Shown here: positions 37,438 through 46,178 of the stretch, piece by piece | Numbering within the stretch: the stretch's first letter is position 1 | Layout: every line of letters begins with the position of its first letter | Origin: an uncultured Acidobacteriia bacterium | Lineage (GTDB): Bacteria > Acidobacteriota > Terriglobia > Bryobacterales > Bryobacteraceae | NCBI GenBank assembly: GCA_903825445.1 | Contig: CAIKAS010000364.1 | Span: 26,298 to 90,297, forward strand | DNA length: 64,000 nucleotides | Direction of reading: 5' to 3' | The notes under the pieces: generated by a model | The model's database searches: none | Seen by the model: only the letters and a program-made list of their open reading frames with translations | What the model was told of the DNA's origin: nothing | Translations under genes and position numbers: made by a program

Positions 37438-38829
37438 GTGCAGACCGATATGAGAAATCACTCGTTGTTCTCGCTGAAAATCACGATCGCCGCCGGCATG
37501 GCCGCCCTGCTCTGGTCAGTCTTGCCCGCGCACGGCCAGATCGCCGTGCAGAAGCAGGGCTACATCCCGTTCACCGACGAGCCCATTAACTATCGCTCGA
37601 ACGACCTGAACGATCCCGTCGCCAAACTCGAGAAGCACCTCGAAAAAGGCGAGGTCGCCCTGCAGTACGAACCGAAGAACGGCTACCTGCGTTCCGTCCT
37701 GCAGTTGCTCGACATTCCCGTCAGTTCCCAAACGTTGGTCTTCTCAAAAACCAGCTTTCAATACAAGAAAATCACTCCTGAAACCCCGCGAGCTCTCTTC
37801 TTCAACGACGACGTTTACGTTGGCCAGGTGCACGACGGCAAAGCCCTGGAATTCGTATCCTTCGACCCGATGCAGGGCGCCATCTTCTACCTGCTGGACG
37901 AGCAGAAGTCCGAGCATCCGGTGCTTCAACGCGCCGAGCTCGATTGCACGCAATGCCACATCGCCGCCTCCACGCATAACGTCCCCGGCGTCTTCCTGCG
38001 CTCGGTCTTCACACAGCCCGGCGGGACGCTCGTAGCCAAAACCCCGCAGTACATCACCGGCCAGCAGAGTCCGCTCAGCGAGCGGTGGGGCGGCTGGTAC
38101 GTCACTGGCACTTCCGAGCCGCACATCGGAAATGTCACAGTGCCAGACACGGATCATGCCAACCAACTCGACAAGACGACCGGAAGCAACGTCACCGATC
38201 TGTCGAAGTTCTTCGATACGTCCGCCTATCTCTCCGTCCACAGCGACATCGTCGCGCACTTAGTGCTGGCCCACCAGACCCAGATGCACAACCTGATCAC
38301 GCAGACGAACTACCAGGCGCGCATCGCCGCATACAACGAAGCCGCGAAAAACAAACTTGCAGGCCTTCCAGAGAACTCTCCGCTCTCCGACGCGGCTCGC
38401 AGAAAATATGAAGCTCCCGCCGAAGAACTCGTTCGCTATCTGCTCTTCGCCAACGAGGCTCCTCTCAAGGCGCCTGTCAAAGGCGATTCCGGTTTCACCG
38501 AAGAATTCGCCGCACGTGGTATTCGCGATCCCCAGGGACGCTCCCTCCGCGACTTCGATTTACAGACCCGGATTTTCAGATATCCCTGCAGCTATCTGAT
38601 TTACTCCGAGGCTTTCGATTCTTTGCCCAGGCCCGCCAAAGACTACGTGTACCGCCGGTTACTGGACGTTCTCACCGGCGCCGACCAGAGTCCGGACTTT
38701 GCCCGCTTGACGGCAAAGGACCGGAAGGCTGTGCTCGAAATCCTCCTCGCCACGAAGCCTGCGATGCACGACGCATGGAAGGAATTCAACGCCCAGCAGG
38801 ATAAGCAATACAGAACCCAGAACAACTGA
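37438..38829 (+). CDS. secreted hypothetical protein with one CxxCH haem-c motif
   Basis: 463-aa ORF 5 nt after the receptor gene (alternative start ATG 37450). It has a signal peptide and a single CTQCH motif. I recognise no other family. Confidence 0.55.
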   Translation: MQTDMRNHSLFSLKITIAAGMAALLWSVLPAHGQIAVQKQGYIPFTDEPINYRSNDLNDPVAKLEKHLEKGEVALQYEPKNGYLRSVLQLLDIPVSSQTLVFSKTSFQYKKITPETPRALFFNDDVYVGQVHDGKALEFVSFDPMQGAIFYLLDEQKSEHPVLQRAELDCTQCHIAASTHNVPGVFLRSVFTQPGGTLVAKTPQYITGQQSPLSERWGGWYVTGTSEPHIGNVTVPDTDHANQLDKTTGSNVTDLSKFFDTSAYLSVHSDIVAHLVLAHQTQMHNLITQTNYQARIAAYNEAAKNKLAGLPENSPLSDAARRKYEAPAEELVRYLLFANEAPLKAPVKGDSGFTEEFAARGIRDPQGRSLRDFDLQTRIFRYPCSYLIYSEAFDSLPRPAKDYVYRRLLDVLTGADQSPDFARLTAKDRKAVLEILLATKPAMHDAWKEFNAQQDKQYRTQNN

Positions 38830-38866
38830 AGCAAAAACGCACCCGTTTGAAAGGAACCAAAACCGC

Positions 38867-40168
38867 ATGAACACCTTTACCAAAACCAGCGCCGCCCTCG
38901 CGGTCGGCATTCTGTCCACCTTCGCAACCGCTGCCAGCGCCCAGAGTCTCGAAGGCCGCTGGGACGCCAGCCTCGTCCAGCGCAATACCGTAATCCCCTT
39001 CCGGCTCGATATCTCCGGCTCGGGACCAACCCTCAAAGCCACCTTCTACGACGGCTGGAAGGCAAACGAAACCACCACGGCGGCAAAGTTTGAGAACGGC
39101 GTCTTGACGCTCGAACTCGGCCACTATCTCACCACCATTACCGCGAATTACAAAGACGGGCAACTTACCGGTTCACTCGGCTCCACCTCGCGCCAGGGTA
39201 GCGCCAGCTACGGTTTTCAGGCGAAGCCGTACGTCGCTCCCACCAACCTCGCGACAGACTATCCCAACATCGCCGGCACATGGGAGATCCCGCTCGAGAA
39301 GCCGACCGCCAAGGGTGAAAAGACTCAGCGCTTCGTCGTCCAGCAGGATGGCCCGAACATCGCCGCCACCACCTTACGCGTGGATGGTGACAGTGGCTCG
39401 CATGTCGGAACTTACAAAGACGGCAACTGGGTGATCAGCCATTTCGATGGCTCACGCCCCGGCTTGCTCGAAGTAAAACTGAACGCCGATGGAACGCTGG
39501 AAATTAGCCAGGGCGGCGGTCGACGCCCAGCCGCCGCAACTGACGAAGCCGCACCCGGCAAGTTGATCGCATATCGCCCCGAAGTAGCCCGCGCCAAAGG
39601 TTTCCCGGAGCCGGAGAACTATCTCACTCACACCACCGTCCGCGATCCCAATGAGAAGTTCGCGTTCAGCTTCCCCGATGCCAACGGCAAGCTGCGCTCA
39701 AACACCGATCCCGAATTCACCGGCAAAGTCGTCCTCGCCGTCGTGACCGGCACCTGGTGCCCCAACTGCCACGATGAAGCGCAGTATCTGGTCCAGCTCT
39801 ACAAGAAGTATCACGCACAAGGCCTGGAAATAGTAGCGTTGGATTTTGAAGAAGCCGAGCAGCAGGGTTCCCTCGAACGTGTCCACGCCTTCGTGAAACA
39901 GTACCAGGTGCCGTACCCGTATCTCATCGCGGGCGCGCCGGTGGAGATGTGGGAAAAAGTCCCACAGGCGGTGAATCTGAACACCTGGCCGGCGACAATC
40001 TTCGTCGGTCGCGACGGTCTCGTGAAAAGCGTTCATTCGGGCTTCGCGTCTCCCGCAGCCGGAGTGTTCAACGACCAGCTGAAGGCCGAGTTCACCTCGA
40101 CTGTCGAAAAACTGCTCTCGGACAAGCCGGTGAGCAGTTCGCCGGTGGCGTCGAAGGCCGGTTTCTAA
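38867..40168 (+). CDS. TlpA/ResA-like thiol-disulfide oxidoreductase with ~270-aa unknown N-terminal domain
   Basis: 433-aa ORF with a signal peptide. The thioredoxin fold carries the WCPNC active site (VVLAVVTGTWCPNCHDEAQYL) and GLEIVALDFEEAEQ. It is a full-length paralogue of 46179..47411. Confidence 0.8.
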   Translation: MNTFTKTSAALAVGILSTFATAASAQSLEGRWDASLVQRNTVIPFRLDISGSGPTLKATFYDGWKANETTTAAKFENGVLTLELGHYLTTITANYKDGQLTGSLGSTSRQGSASYGFQAKPYVAPTNLATDYPNIAGTWEIPLEKPTAKGEKTQRFVVQQDGPNIAATTLRVDGDSGSHVGTYKDGNWVISHFDGSRPGLLEVKLNADGTLEISQGGGRRPAAATDEAAPGKLIAYRPEVARAKGFPEPENYLTHTTVRDPNEKFAFSFPDANGKLRSNTDPEFTGKVVLAVVTGTWCPNCHDEAQYLVQLYKKYHAQGLEIVALDFEEAEQQGSLERVHAFVKQYQVPYPYLIAGAPVEMWEKVPQAVNLNTWPATIFVGRDGLVKSVHSGFASPAAGVFNDQLKAEFTSTVEKLLSDKPVSSSPVASKAGF

Positions 40169-40183
40169 ACAGATCGGAGGAGA

Positions 40184-40219
40184 TTCCCCGCCAGTCGTAT
40201 CAACACGGCTGGCGGGGAA
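40184..40219 (+). other. intercistronic 11-bp perfect hairpin
   Basis: TTCCCCGCCAG (40184..40194), a 14-nt loop, then CTGGCGGGGAA (40209..40219). No U-tract follows. It lies between the tlpA-like and dsbD-alpha-like genes. Confidence 0.5.
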
Positions 40220-40235
40220 CAAAACTGTAAACCCT

Positions 40236-40709
40236 ATGAAAATGACCGCAGGAAAATGCCCGCTCGTTCTCGTCGTCGCCGCACTTGCCTTTGCGCAAGG
40301 CAGCCCGATTGTTTTGACGTTCGCCCCACCTGCCAGCCTCACCGCGAAGCCTGGCTCAACCGCGAATACTACTCTCTCCGTCACCGTCGCCCCCGGCTAT
40401 CACGCCAACAGCAATAAGCCTGTGGACCCATACCTAATTCCGCTCCAGCTAAGTTGGAATCCGGGCCCGCTGACAGCAGCCGGTGTCATTTTCCCGAAGC
40501 CCGAAACACAGAAACTCGGATTCTCCGCGAAGCCAGTATCCGTATTCACCGGCAATTTCAATATTGAAACGAAATTCAAAGTAGCCAGCAACGCAACTCC
40601 GGGCACAACGACTGTGACCGGAAAGCTGCACTACCAGGCCTGCGACGACCGTTCCTGCCTTCCCCCAAGAACGATTGAAGTGACGCTGCCCGTAACGATT
40701 GCGAAGTAG
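40236..40709 (+). CDS. DsbD N-terminal (alpha) domain-like protein (DsbC-corrector family)
   Basis: 157-aa ORF with a signal peptide. GKLHYQACDDRSCLPPRTIEV carries the Cys pair and CLPP context typical of the DsbD-alpha/ScsB N-terminal domain. Confidence 0.65.
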   Translation: MKMTAGKCPLVLVVAALAFAQGSPIVLTFAPPASLTAKPGSTANTTLSVTVAPGYHANSNKPVDPYLIPLQLSWNPGPLTAAGVIFPKPETQKLGFSAKPVSVFTGNFNIETKFKVASNATPGTTTVTGKLHYQACDDRSCLPPRTIEVTLPVTIAK

Positions 40710-40723
40710 AGGAGATCTCTGAA

Positions 40724-41686
40724 ATGAAGATTCTTGAGCTTAATAGAAACGCTTACAAAACGCTGCTGGCCGCCGCCGCATCCGGCCTCATCCTTACCCT
40801 CGCCGCAGTGCAAGTCTGCGCGCAATCGTTGGGCGGATCGCCTGCAACAGGTTCGCCTTCCCCCAACGCTGCGCCTGGAGCCGTCGCTGCCAGCGGCGCC
40901 CGTTCCGGCAGAGGCGGTCGTGGCGGCCCCATCCCCACCGGCCCCACTCCGCGCACCGCCGATGGACATCCCGATCTCACAGGCTCCTGGAGAGACGATG
41001 GCAACGCGAAGCCGCACGGTAACCTGGGCAAGGATCTGCCCGGCTTCAAGCTTCCCTTTACCCCGGCCGGCGTCGCGGCCCACGAGTATAACGTCAATCG
41101 CACCATCGATCCCGAAAGCCTCTGCCTTCCCGGCGGACTTCCCAGAGAAGACATCGGCGACGGCGGTTTCCAGCTGCTACAATCCGGCCCCGACGCGGTC
41201 TTCCTCTACATGTATGGAACCTTCCGCGACGTTCCCATCGATGGCCGCAAACATACGGAAGATCCGGACCCAACATTCTTCGGTGAAGACGTCGGCAGCT
41301 GGGATGGCGATACGCTCGTCATCGACTCCATCGCGTTCAAAGACCAAAAGACGTGGGCCGACGAAAACGCCGATCCCCACAGCGATCAGCTTCACACCAT
41401 CGAACGCTGGACCCGTTCCGATGCCGGTCACCTGCACCTCGACCTCATCGTCGACGATCCGAAGTTCTACTCACAGCCCATTCACTACCAGCGCAACTGG
41501 ATAGCTTCGGTCGGCCAGCACACCAGAGAACAGGCCTGCTCAGAGAACAATTTCGATGTGGCTGGCGGACACCTCGGCTTCGGCCCCGGTCCCATCCGCG
41601 CCGACGGAACTCGTGGCTACGACAATCCCGCGCCGTTGCCACCGCCTCCTTCAAAGACGAATCCGCCGAAGACAACCTTGCAGTAA
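40724..41686 (+). CDS. secreted hypothetical protein
   Basis: 320-aa ORF 14 nt after the previous gene. It has a signal peptide, a Gly/Pro/Ala-rich linker, then a globular region (ADGHPDLTGSWRDD...WDGDTLVIDSIAF...LHTIERWTR). I recognise no family. Confidence 0.55.
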   Translation: MKILELNRNAYKTLLAAAASGLILTLAAVQVCAQSLGGSPATGSPSPNAAPGAVAASGARSGRGGRGGPIPTGPTPRTADGHPDLTGSWRDDGNAKPHGNLGKDLPGFKLPFTPAGVAAHEYNVNRTIDPESLCLPGGLPREDIGDGGFQLLQSGPDAVFLYMYGTFRDVPIDGRKHTEDPDPTFFGEDVGSWDGDTLVIDSIAFKDQKTWADENADPHSDQLHTIERWTRSDAGHLHLDLIVDDPKFYSQPIHYQRNWIASVGQHTREQACSENNFDVAGGHLGFGPGPIRADGTRGYDNPAPLPPPPSKTNPPKTTLQ

Positions 41687-41711
41687 CCACGCTAACTAAG
41701 GAGCAAAGAAC

Positions 41712-42128
41712 ATGAGACACATTCTGGGATTACTTACCGTCATGGCCATCGGGCTGGCCACATTTGTCGCACCCGTCAGCGCCCACCATTCGTTTGCCGC
41801 CGAGTTTGATGGCAGCAAGGCCATCCGCCTCGTTGGGAAACTGACGAAGGTCGACTGGTCGAACCCCCACACCTACTTCTTTCTGGATATCCAGGACGAT
41901 AAAGGCAAGGTCACGAATTGGGCCTGTGAAGGCGGCGGCCCGGGCGCGCTGTCTCGACGCGGCCTCAACAAGGGTGATCTAAAACTCGGCGACACCATCG
42001 TCGTTGACGGTTATCGCGCCAAAGATGGATCCAACCTGATCGACGCGCGGCGCGTCACGCTGCCGGACGGTCGCAGCATTTACGGTGGCACCCCGGGTGA
42101 CGGTGGCCCAGGCGACAACGGCCAGTAG
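41712..42128 (+). CDS. small periplasmic protein, DUF6152-like; predicted mature N-terminus HHSF
   Basis: 138-aa ORF with RBS AAGGAG upstream. The signal peptide ends ...APVSA followed by HHSFAAEFD. The motif KVDWSNPHTYFFLD is present. The DUF6152 assignment is from memory. Confidence 0.55.
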   Translation: MRHILGLLTVMAIGLATFVAPVSAHHSFAAEFDGSKAIRLVGKLTKVDWSNPHTYFFLDIQDDKGKVTNWACEGGGPGALSRRGLNKGDLKLGDTIVVDGYRAKDGSNLIDARRVTLPDGRSIYGGTPGDGGPGDNGQ

Positions 42129-42626
42129 ATGTCCGCTTCCCTGCTGCAATTCTGTCAATGGCTGAACGATACCGGCCCTGCCACCGCGCTGCGTGAATCG
42201 AAGTATATGTTTCCGATCGTCGAATCGGTTCACACGCTCGCCATCACGCTGGTGGTGGGGACCGTGGCCATATTGGATCTTCGCCTTCTTGGTCTGATCC
42301 TCAAAAAAGAACCCGTGTCCAAAGTGGCCAACCAGATTTTACCGGTCACATGGAAAGGCTTCGTTGTGATGGCAATCAGCGGCCTGGCGCTTTTCGCGGC
42401 GGAAGCTGCGAAGTCGTATCACAATCCCGCGTTTCGGTTCAAATTAATCCTGCTCGCGCTGGTCGGTCTCAATCCTCTGATCTTTCATTTCACGATTTAC
42501 AAAACGGTCGACCAGTGGGGCGGAGCACCCCGCGCTCCCGGTCGCGCTCGCCTCGCTGCCGTTCTGTCCCTAAGTCTCTGGAGTGCGATTGTCATCGCCG
42601 GCCGCGCTATCGCCTATTTCAACTAA
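42129..42626 (+). CDS. polytopic membrane protein, paralogue 1 of 4 (DUF6644-like)
   Basis: 165-aa ORF starting directly after the previous stop. Shared motifs are ESVHTLA, DLRLLG, YHNPAFRFK, AAVLSLSLW and GRAIAYF. Confidence 0.6.
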   Translation: MSASLLQFCQWLNDTGPATALRESKYMFPIVESVHTLAITLVVGTVAILDLRLLGLILKKEPVSKVANQILPVTWKGFVVMAISGLALFAAEAAKSYHNPAFRFKLILLALVGLNPLIFHFTIYKTVDQWGGAPRAPGRARLAAVLSLSLWSAIVIAGRAIAYFN

Positions 42627-42633
42627 AACTGAT

Positions 42634-43110
42634 ATGTCCATTCTCTCTCTGTTTCAGTGGTATGACCACACGGGCCTCGCCGACTGGATGCATCGCTCCG
42701 CATGGGGATTCGCCGTAGTCGAAATGTTCCACCTGATCGCGCTCGCATTGTTCGGCGGCGCGGTTCTGATGCTGAACCTCCGGCTGCTTGGCATCTTCCT
42801 TCCTGGACGGCCCGCCGGTCAAATCGCGCGCGATCTTGCCCCGTTGATCTTCGGCACGCTCGTCGTCCTGGCGATCACAGGCGTCCTGATGATTTCGGAA
42901 GAAGCGATGAAGTGTTATCACAACACCGCATTCCGCTGGAAGATGCTGCTATTTCTACCTGCGTTGCTTCTCAGCGTGGGAATGCATCGCAGGCTCGCAA
43001 CTTCGCCGGGGTCATTCGCCTCTGAGAGTACCGCCAGATTCGCCGCGGTGCTCTCTCTGACGCTTTGGTTCAGCGTGGGCGTGGCAGGCAGAGCAGTCGG
43101 CTATCTCTAA
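42634..43110 (+). CDS. polytopic membrane protein, paralogue 2 of 4 (DUF6644-like)
   Basis: ORF 42583..43110, start moved to ATG 42634 by alignment with the paralogues. Motifs: EMFHLIA, NLRLLG, YHNTAFRWK, AAVLSLTLW, GRAVGYL. Confidence 0.6.
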   Translation: MSILSLFQWYDHTGLADWMHRSAWGFAVVEMFHLIALALFGGAVLMLNLRLLGIFLPGRPAGQIARDLAPLIFGTLVVLAITGVLMISEEAMKCYHNTAFRWKMLLFLPALLLSVGMHRRLATSPGSFASESTARFAAVLSLTLWFSVGVAGRAVGYL

Positions 43111-43130
43111 ACGCTAACCCACAAGCAACC

Positions 43131-43574
43131 ATGCTCATCTACGATCTCGCCGCCAATCCGCTCAACAGTAACGAGTGGTCCTTCCCTCTCACGGAATGCT
43201 TCCACGTCGCGTCCATGGCGCTTTGCATCGGCACCATTGCGGTCGTCGACCTGCGACTCCTCGGTGCAGGCATCACGAACCGAACCGCAGGGCAACTCGT
43301 TCGCCTCACCGACCCCTGGAGCATCGCCGGATTCAGCATCGTCATCACCTCCGGCCTGCTGATCTTCTCGTCCGATCCGCTCAAGTATCTCCACAGCGCA
43401 CCGTTCCAGCTCAAGATGGGACTTCTCCTGCTCGGCATTCTCTACAACTACACGCTCCATCGCAAAGCCGCGCGGTCCGATCCGCCGCCTGGCATTCGAT
43501 TCCTCGCCGCCGCCTTCTCCCTCGCACTGTGGACGACGCTCGTGTTCTCGTCAATTTTTGTGGCCTTTTGGTAA
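43131..43574 (+). CDS. polytopic membrane protein, paralogue 3 of 4 (DUF6644-like)
   Basis: ORF 43065..43574, start moved to ATG 43131. Motifs: ECFHVAS, DLRLLG, YLHSAPFQLK, AAAFSLALW. Confidence 0.6.
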   Translation: MLIYDLAANPLNSNEWSFPLTECFHVASMALCIGTIAVVDLRLLGAGITNRTAGQLVRLTDPWSIAGFSIVITSGLLIFSSDPLKYLHSAPFQLKMGLLLLGILYNYTLHRKAARSDPPPGIRFLAAAFSLALWTTLVFSSIFVAFW

Positions 43575-43589
43575 AGGAATCCAACAATC

Positions 43590-44141
43590 ATGTCTATCGC
43601 GCAGATTTTCCATTGGACGCAGAACACCGCCTGGGCCACAGCTCTCCGCGAGTCGGACGTGGTCTACCCCGTCGTTCTCTCGCTTCATCTGTCCGCCATC
43701 GCGCTTTTCGGCGGCACCATCCTGCTCACCAATCTGCGTTTGCTCGGCCTCGCGCTTCGTCAAATTCCTGTCGCTGAGGTCGTCAAACAACTCCGTCCGT
43801 ATAAGTGGGCTGGCTTGGTCCTGATCCTCACGTGCGGCGTGCTGCTGGCCTCCGCCAAGGCGGACACCTATTACCCCAATCCGTATTTCCGAATCAAAAT
43901 CCTGCTGATCTCACTCGTGGGTGTCCACGCACTCATCTTCCGGCGAGGCGTTTACAACAAGGATGCGGGCGTCGCGCCTCCCAAAGCCAAACTTGCCGCC
44001 TGCCTGTCTCTGGCTCTGTGGCTGGGCATCCTGTCGATGGGCCGCTGGATCGCCTATTATGAAAAACCGAAGTCTGTACGGGCGTCTCCGAGCGCCTCAA
44101 ATTCTTCCACTGCGCTGATCGCGGCGGAGATTGCCCGATAA
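43590..44141 (+). CDS. polytopic membrane protein, paralogue 4 of 4 (DUF6644-like) with C-terminal tail
   Basis: 183-aa ORF. Motifs: LSLHLSA, NLRLLG, YYPNPYFRIK, AACLSLALW, GRWIAYY. It carries an extra ~25-aa Ser/Ala-rich tail. Confidence 0.6.
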   Translation: MSIAQIFHWTQNTAWATALRESDVVYPVVLSLHLSAIALFGGTILLTNLRLLGLALRQIPVAEVVKQLRPYKWAGLVLILTCGVLLASAKADTYYPNPYFRIKILLISLVGVHALIFRRGVYNKDAGVAPPKAKLAACLSLALWLGILSMGRWIAYYEKPKSVRASPSASNSSTALIAAEIAR

Positions 44142-44165
44142 GTGACAGCGGCCTGTAAAGCCTCG

Positions 44166-44786
44166 CTAACCTTCGTCAGGTGCTTCGCCTCGCCGCGGAA
44201 TTCCCTTCCCCGCAGCCTCGGCTCCCGGTGGTTCACGGAACGGTTCCACCTCGATGCGCCCGTAGCGCACTTCGAGCACGGTCAGATAGTCTGTACCGCC
44301 CGGCGCCTGGAGAACCACGTTGTCGCCCTCTGCCGACTTCATCAACGCCCGCCCAAGCGGCGACACCCAACTGACGTGGTTGCGGTTGAGATCCACCTCG
44401 TCGGCGCCCACAATGCTCACCACCCGCTCCGCTCCCGCGGCATTGGCATAGCGCACAGTTGCTCCGAAGAATGCCCTCGCCGCCGCCGGTCCGCGTCTCG
44501 GAGTTTCCGGGTCAACCACCTCCGCGGCCTCGATTCGTTTCGTGAGAAACCGAATCCGCCCATCGATCTGCCGCAGCCGCCGCTTGCCGTACTGATAGTC
44601 GGCGTTTTCACTGCGATCGCCATTGCTCGCCGCCCACGACACCACCGCCGTCACCGCCGGGCGTTCCCTCGTGAGTAAGAACCGGTGCTCGTCTTTGAGG
44701 CGCTCCAGCCCGCCTGGCGTGATGTAATTCTTGCCAGGTGTCGCGGGCTCGTCCCGCTTCGGTTCTCTCGTAAACCCTTTCCGCAT
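44166..44786 (-). CDS. greB: transcription elongation factor GreB
   Basis: 206-aa ORF. ITPGGLERLKDE...WAASNGDRSENADYQYGKRRLRQIDGRIRFL closely matches the GreB coiled-coil signature (WAASxGDRSENADYQY). The C-terminal FKBP-like domain has SWVSPLGRALM. Confidence 0.85.
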   Translation of the reverse strand: MRKGFTREPKRDEPATPGKNYITPGGLERLKDEHRFLLTRERPAVTAVVSWAASNGDRSENADYQYGKRRLRQIDGRIRFLTKRIEAAEVVDPETPRRGPAAARAFFGATVRYANAAGAERVVSIVGADEVDLNRNHVSWVSPLGRALMKSAEGDNVVLQAPGGTDYLTVLEVRYGRIEVEPFREPPGAEAAGKGIPRRGEAPDEG

Positions 44787-44955
44787 GACTAGTCCTTACA
44801 GCGCGAATCCCGTGACTGCCACAGAGCTCTTACTGATCCTATCCATCATCTCGAACAAGTGCCGGCGAAAGTCATAACGAGTGCGGAATCCTCGCGCAAG
44901 TCGCCAGGAAGCGGTCAACCAGGTTGTGCTGCACCAGTCGATCGCCACTTCGCCG

Positions 44956-45957
44956 TCAGGCCTTGGCTATGGGCAGTTCAACGTCGACGCAGCCGAGTGT
45001 AAAAGCGAACGGAAATGGTCCAGGATCGGTTGTGCGGTACGACCCGTCAAAGAAGACCAGCGCGCGGCCACCCATATTCTCGTCGAATTGAAAGGTGGGC
45101 TTCCACGGCCCGGAGTGCCATCCTTTATCCTCAGCGGTCATAATCTGCACGGGCTGACTCCAGGCGGACAAATGACTCCAGGGCTTGCTGCCTCGGCACC
45201 ACCATAAGCCTGTCTCGGGGGGAGGAGTGTCGGCCCCGACCCAGACCCGCGCGAATATCGCATCAAATCCAGCACCGCGCGGACGAACGCAGAAGTCGAA
45301 CATCCTTAGTTCTGGCCCCGCAAAGACGTGTCGCTGACTCCAATCGCCAATGCCGCTTTCGCTTTCCGCATAGCAATGGACAAGATAGTTCTCCTGATTG
45401 GAACCAGCGACATACCACATTTTCCATTTGCCATCGTGATAGATAAGGTTCGGTTCGTAAACGCTCCCGTTTTCCCACTCCTCATTTGCCCTGAAGGCAG
45501 GTTGTTGGCAATCTTCCCAAGCGCTCCCGTTCCATTCCAGAAAGCCGATTGAGTAAGGGCCCCAGAGATTTTCGACGGAGCCGGCATAGTAAATGCGTTC
45601 CACCCACGCACCTTTGGCTGGGTCCCATCCCTTCACATAAGATGGGCAGTGCCGTCCGCCGCCGCTATCCCATCCCCGGCTCAGTTCAGATCCTGCCAGC
45701 GGGGATGGCGCGCCCGTTTCATCGCGATCCACTTTCCAGCCGGTAGCTGTCAGGGGCGCTCCCGTGGGCAGTGAGGCGCTATAGAGATTCGTTGCTCCGT
45801 GCCCGCCCACTTGACCTGCAAGGCACATCCACCAGTGGTCACCGCGCCACACTACGCTTGCATCAACAAGCTCAGAGCCACCCGTTCCGGTAGCGGGATC
45901 GCGAGGATCGAAAACCTTGACTTCAGTTCCTGTTTGGGGCCTCGTGGACTGGAACAC
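44956..45957 (-). CDS. hypothetical protein, beta-propeller glycoside-hydrolase-like (GH43/GH130-type resemblance)
   Basis: 333-aa ORF with a Trp/Gly-rich repeated blade-like pattern (WWMCLAG, ERIYYAGS, GKWKMWYVAGS, ALVFFDGS). The function is uncertain. Confidence 0.35.
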   Translation of the reverse strand: MFQSTRPQTGTEVKVFDPRDPATGTGGSELVDASVVWRGDHWWMCLAGQVGGHGATNLYSASLPTGAPLTATGWKVDRDETGAPSPLAGSELSRGWDSGGGRHCPSYVKGWDPAKGAWVERIYYAGSVENLWGPYSIGFLEWNGSAWEDCQQPAFRANEEWENGSVYEPNLIYHDGKWKMWYVAGSNQENYLVHCYAESESGIGDWSQRHVFAGPELRMFDFCVRPRGAGFDAIFARVWVGADTPPPETGLWWCRGSKPWSHLSAWSQPVQIMTAEDKGWHSGPWKPTFQFDENMGGRALVFFDGSYRTTDPGPFPFAFTLGCVDVELPIAKA

Positions 45958-46113
45958 GATTTCTATTATCGTAGAGAATCCTGTGGAAAGCGGGATAGAC
46001 CGCGCATACTACGGTCAGCCATGAGAAGGCAACGTGGTTTGCGCTTCATGATCACTGTGAGTTGAGCCGGCAAACAACCGCTGCCGCGCCTTCAGCGAAG
46101 TCCTCACTAACCC

Positions 46114-46156
46114 AAAAGAGGCGAACACCGGCCTCCGCACCGATGTCCGCCTCTTT
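46114..46156 (-). terminator. candidate terminator of the minus-strand tlpA-like gene
   Basis: On the minus strand: AAAGAGGCG, a 24-nt loop, CGCCTCTTT, then TGGG. The plus-strand arms are at 46115..46123 and 46148..46156. It lies 23 nt downstream of stop 46179. Confidence 0.4.
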
Positions 46157-46178
46157 CCCCCCGCAGAATGCGTCCGTC

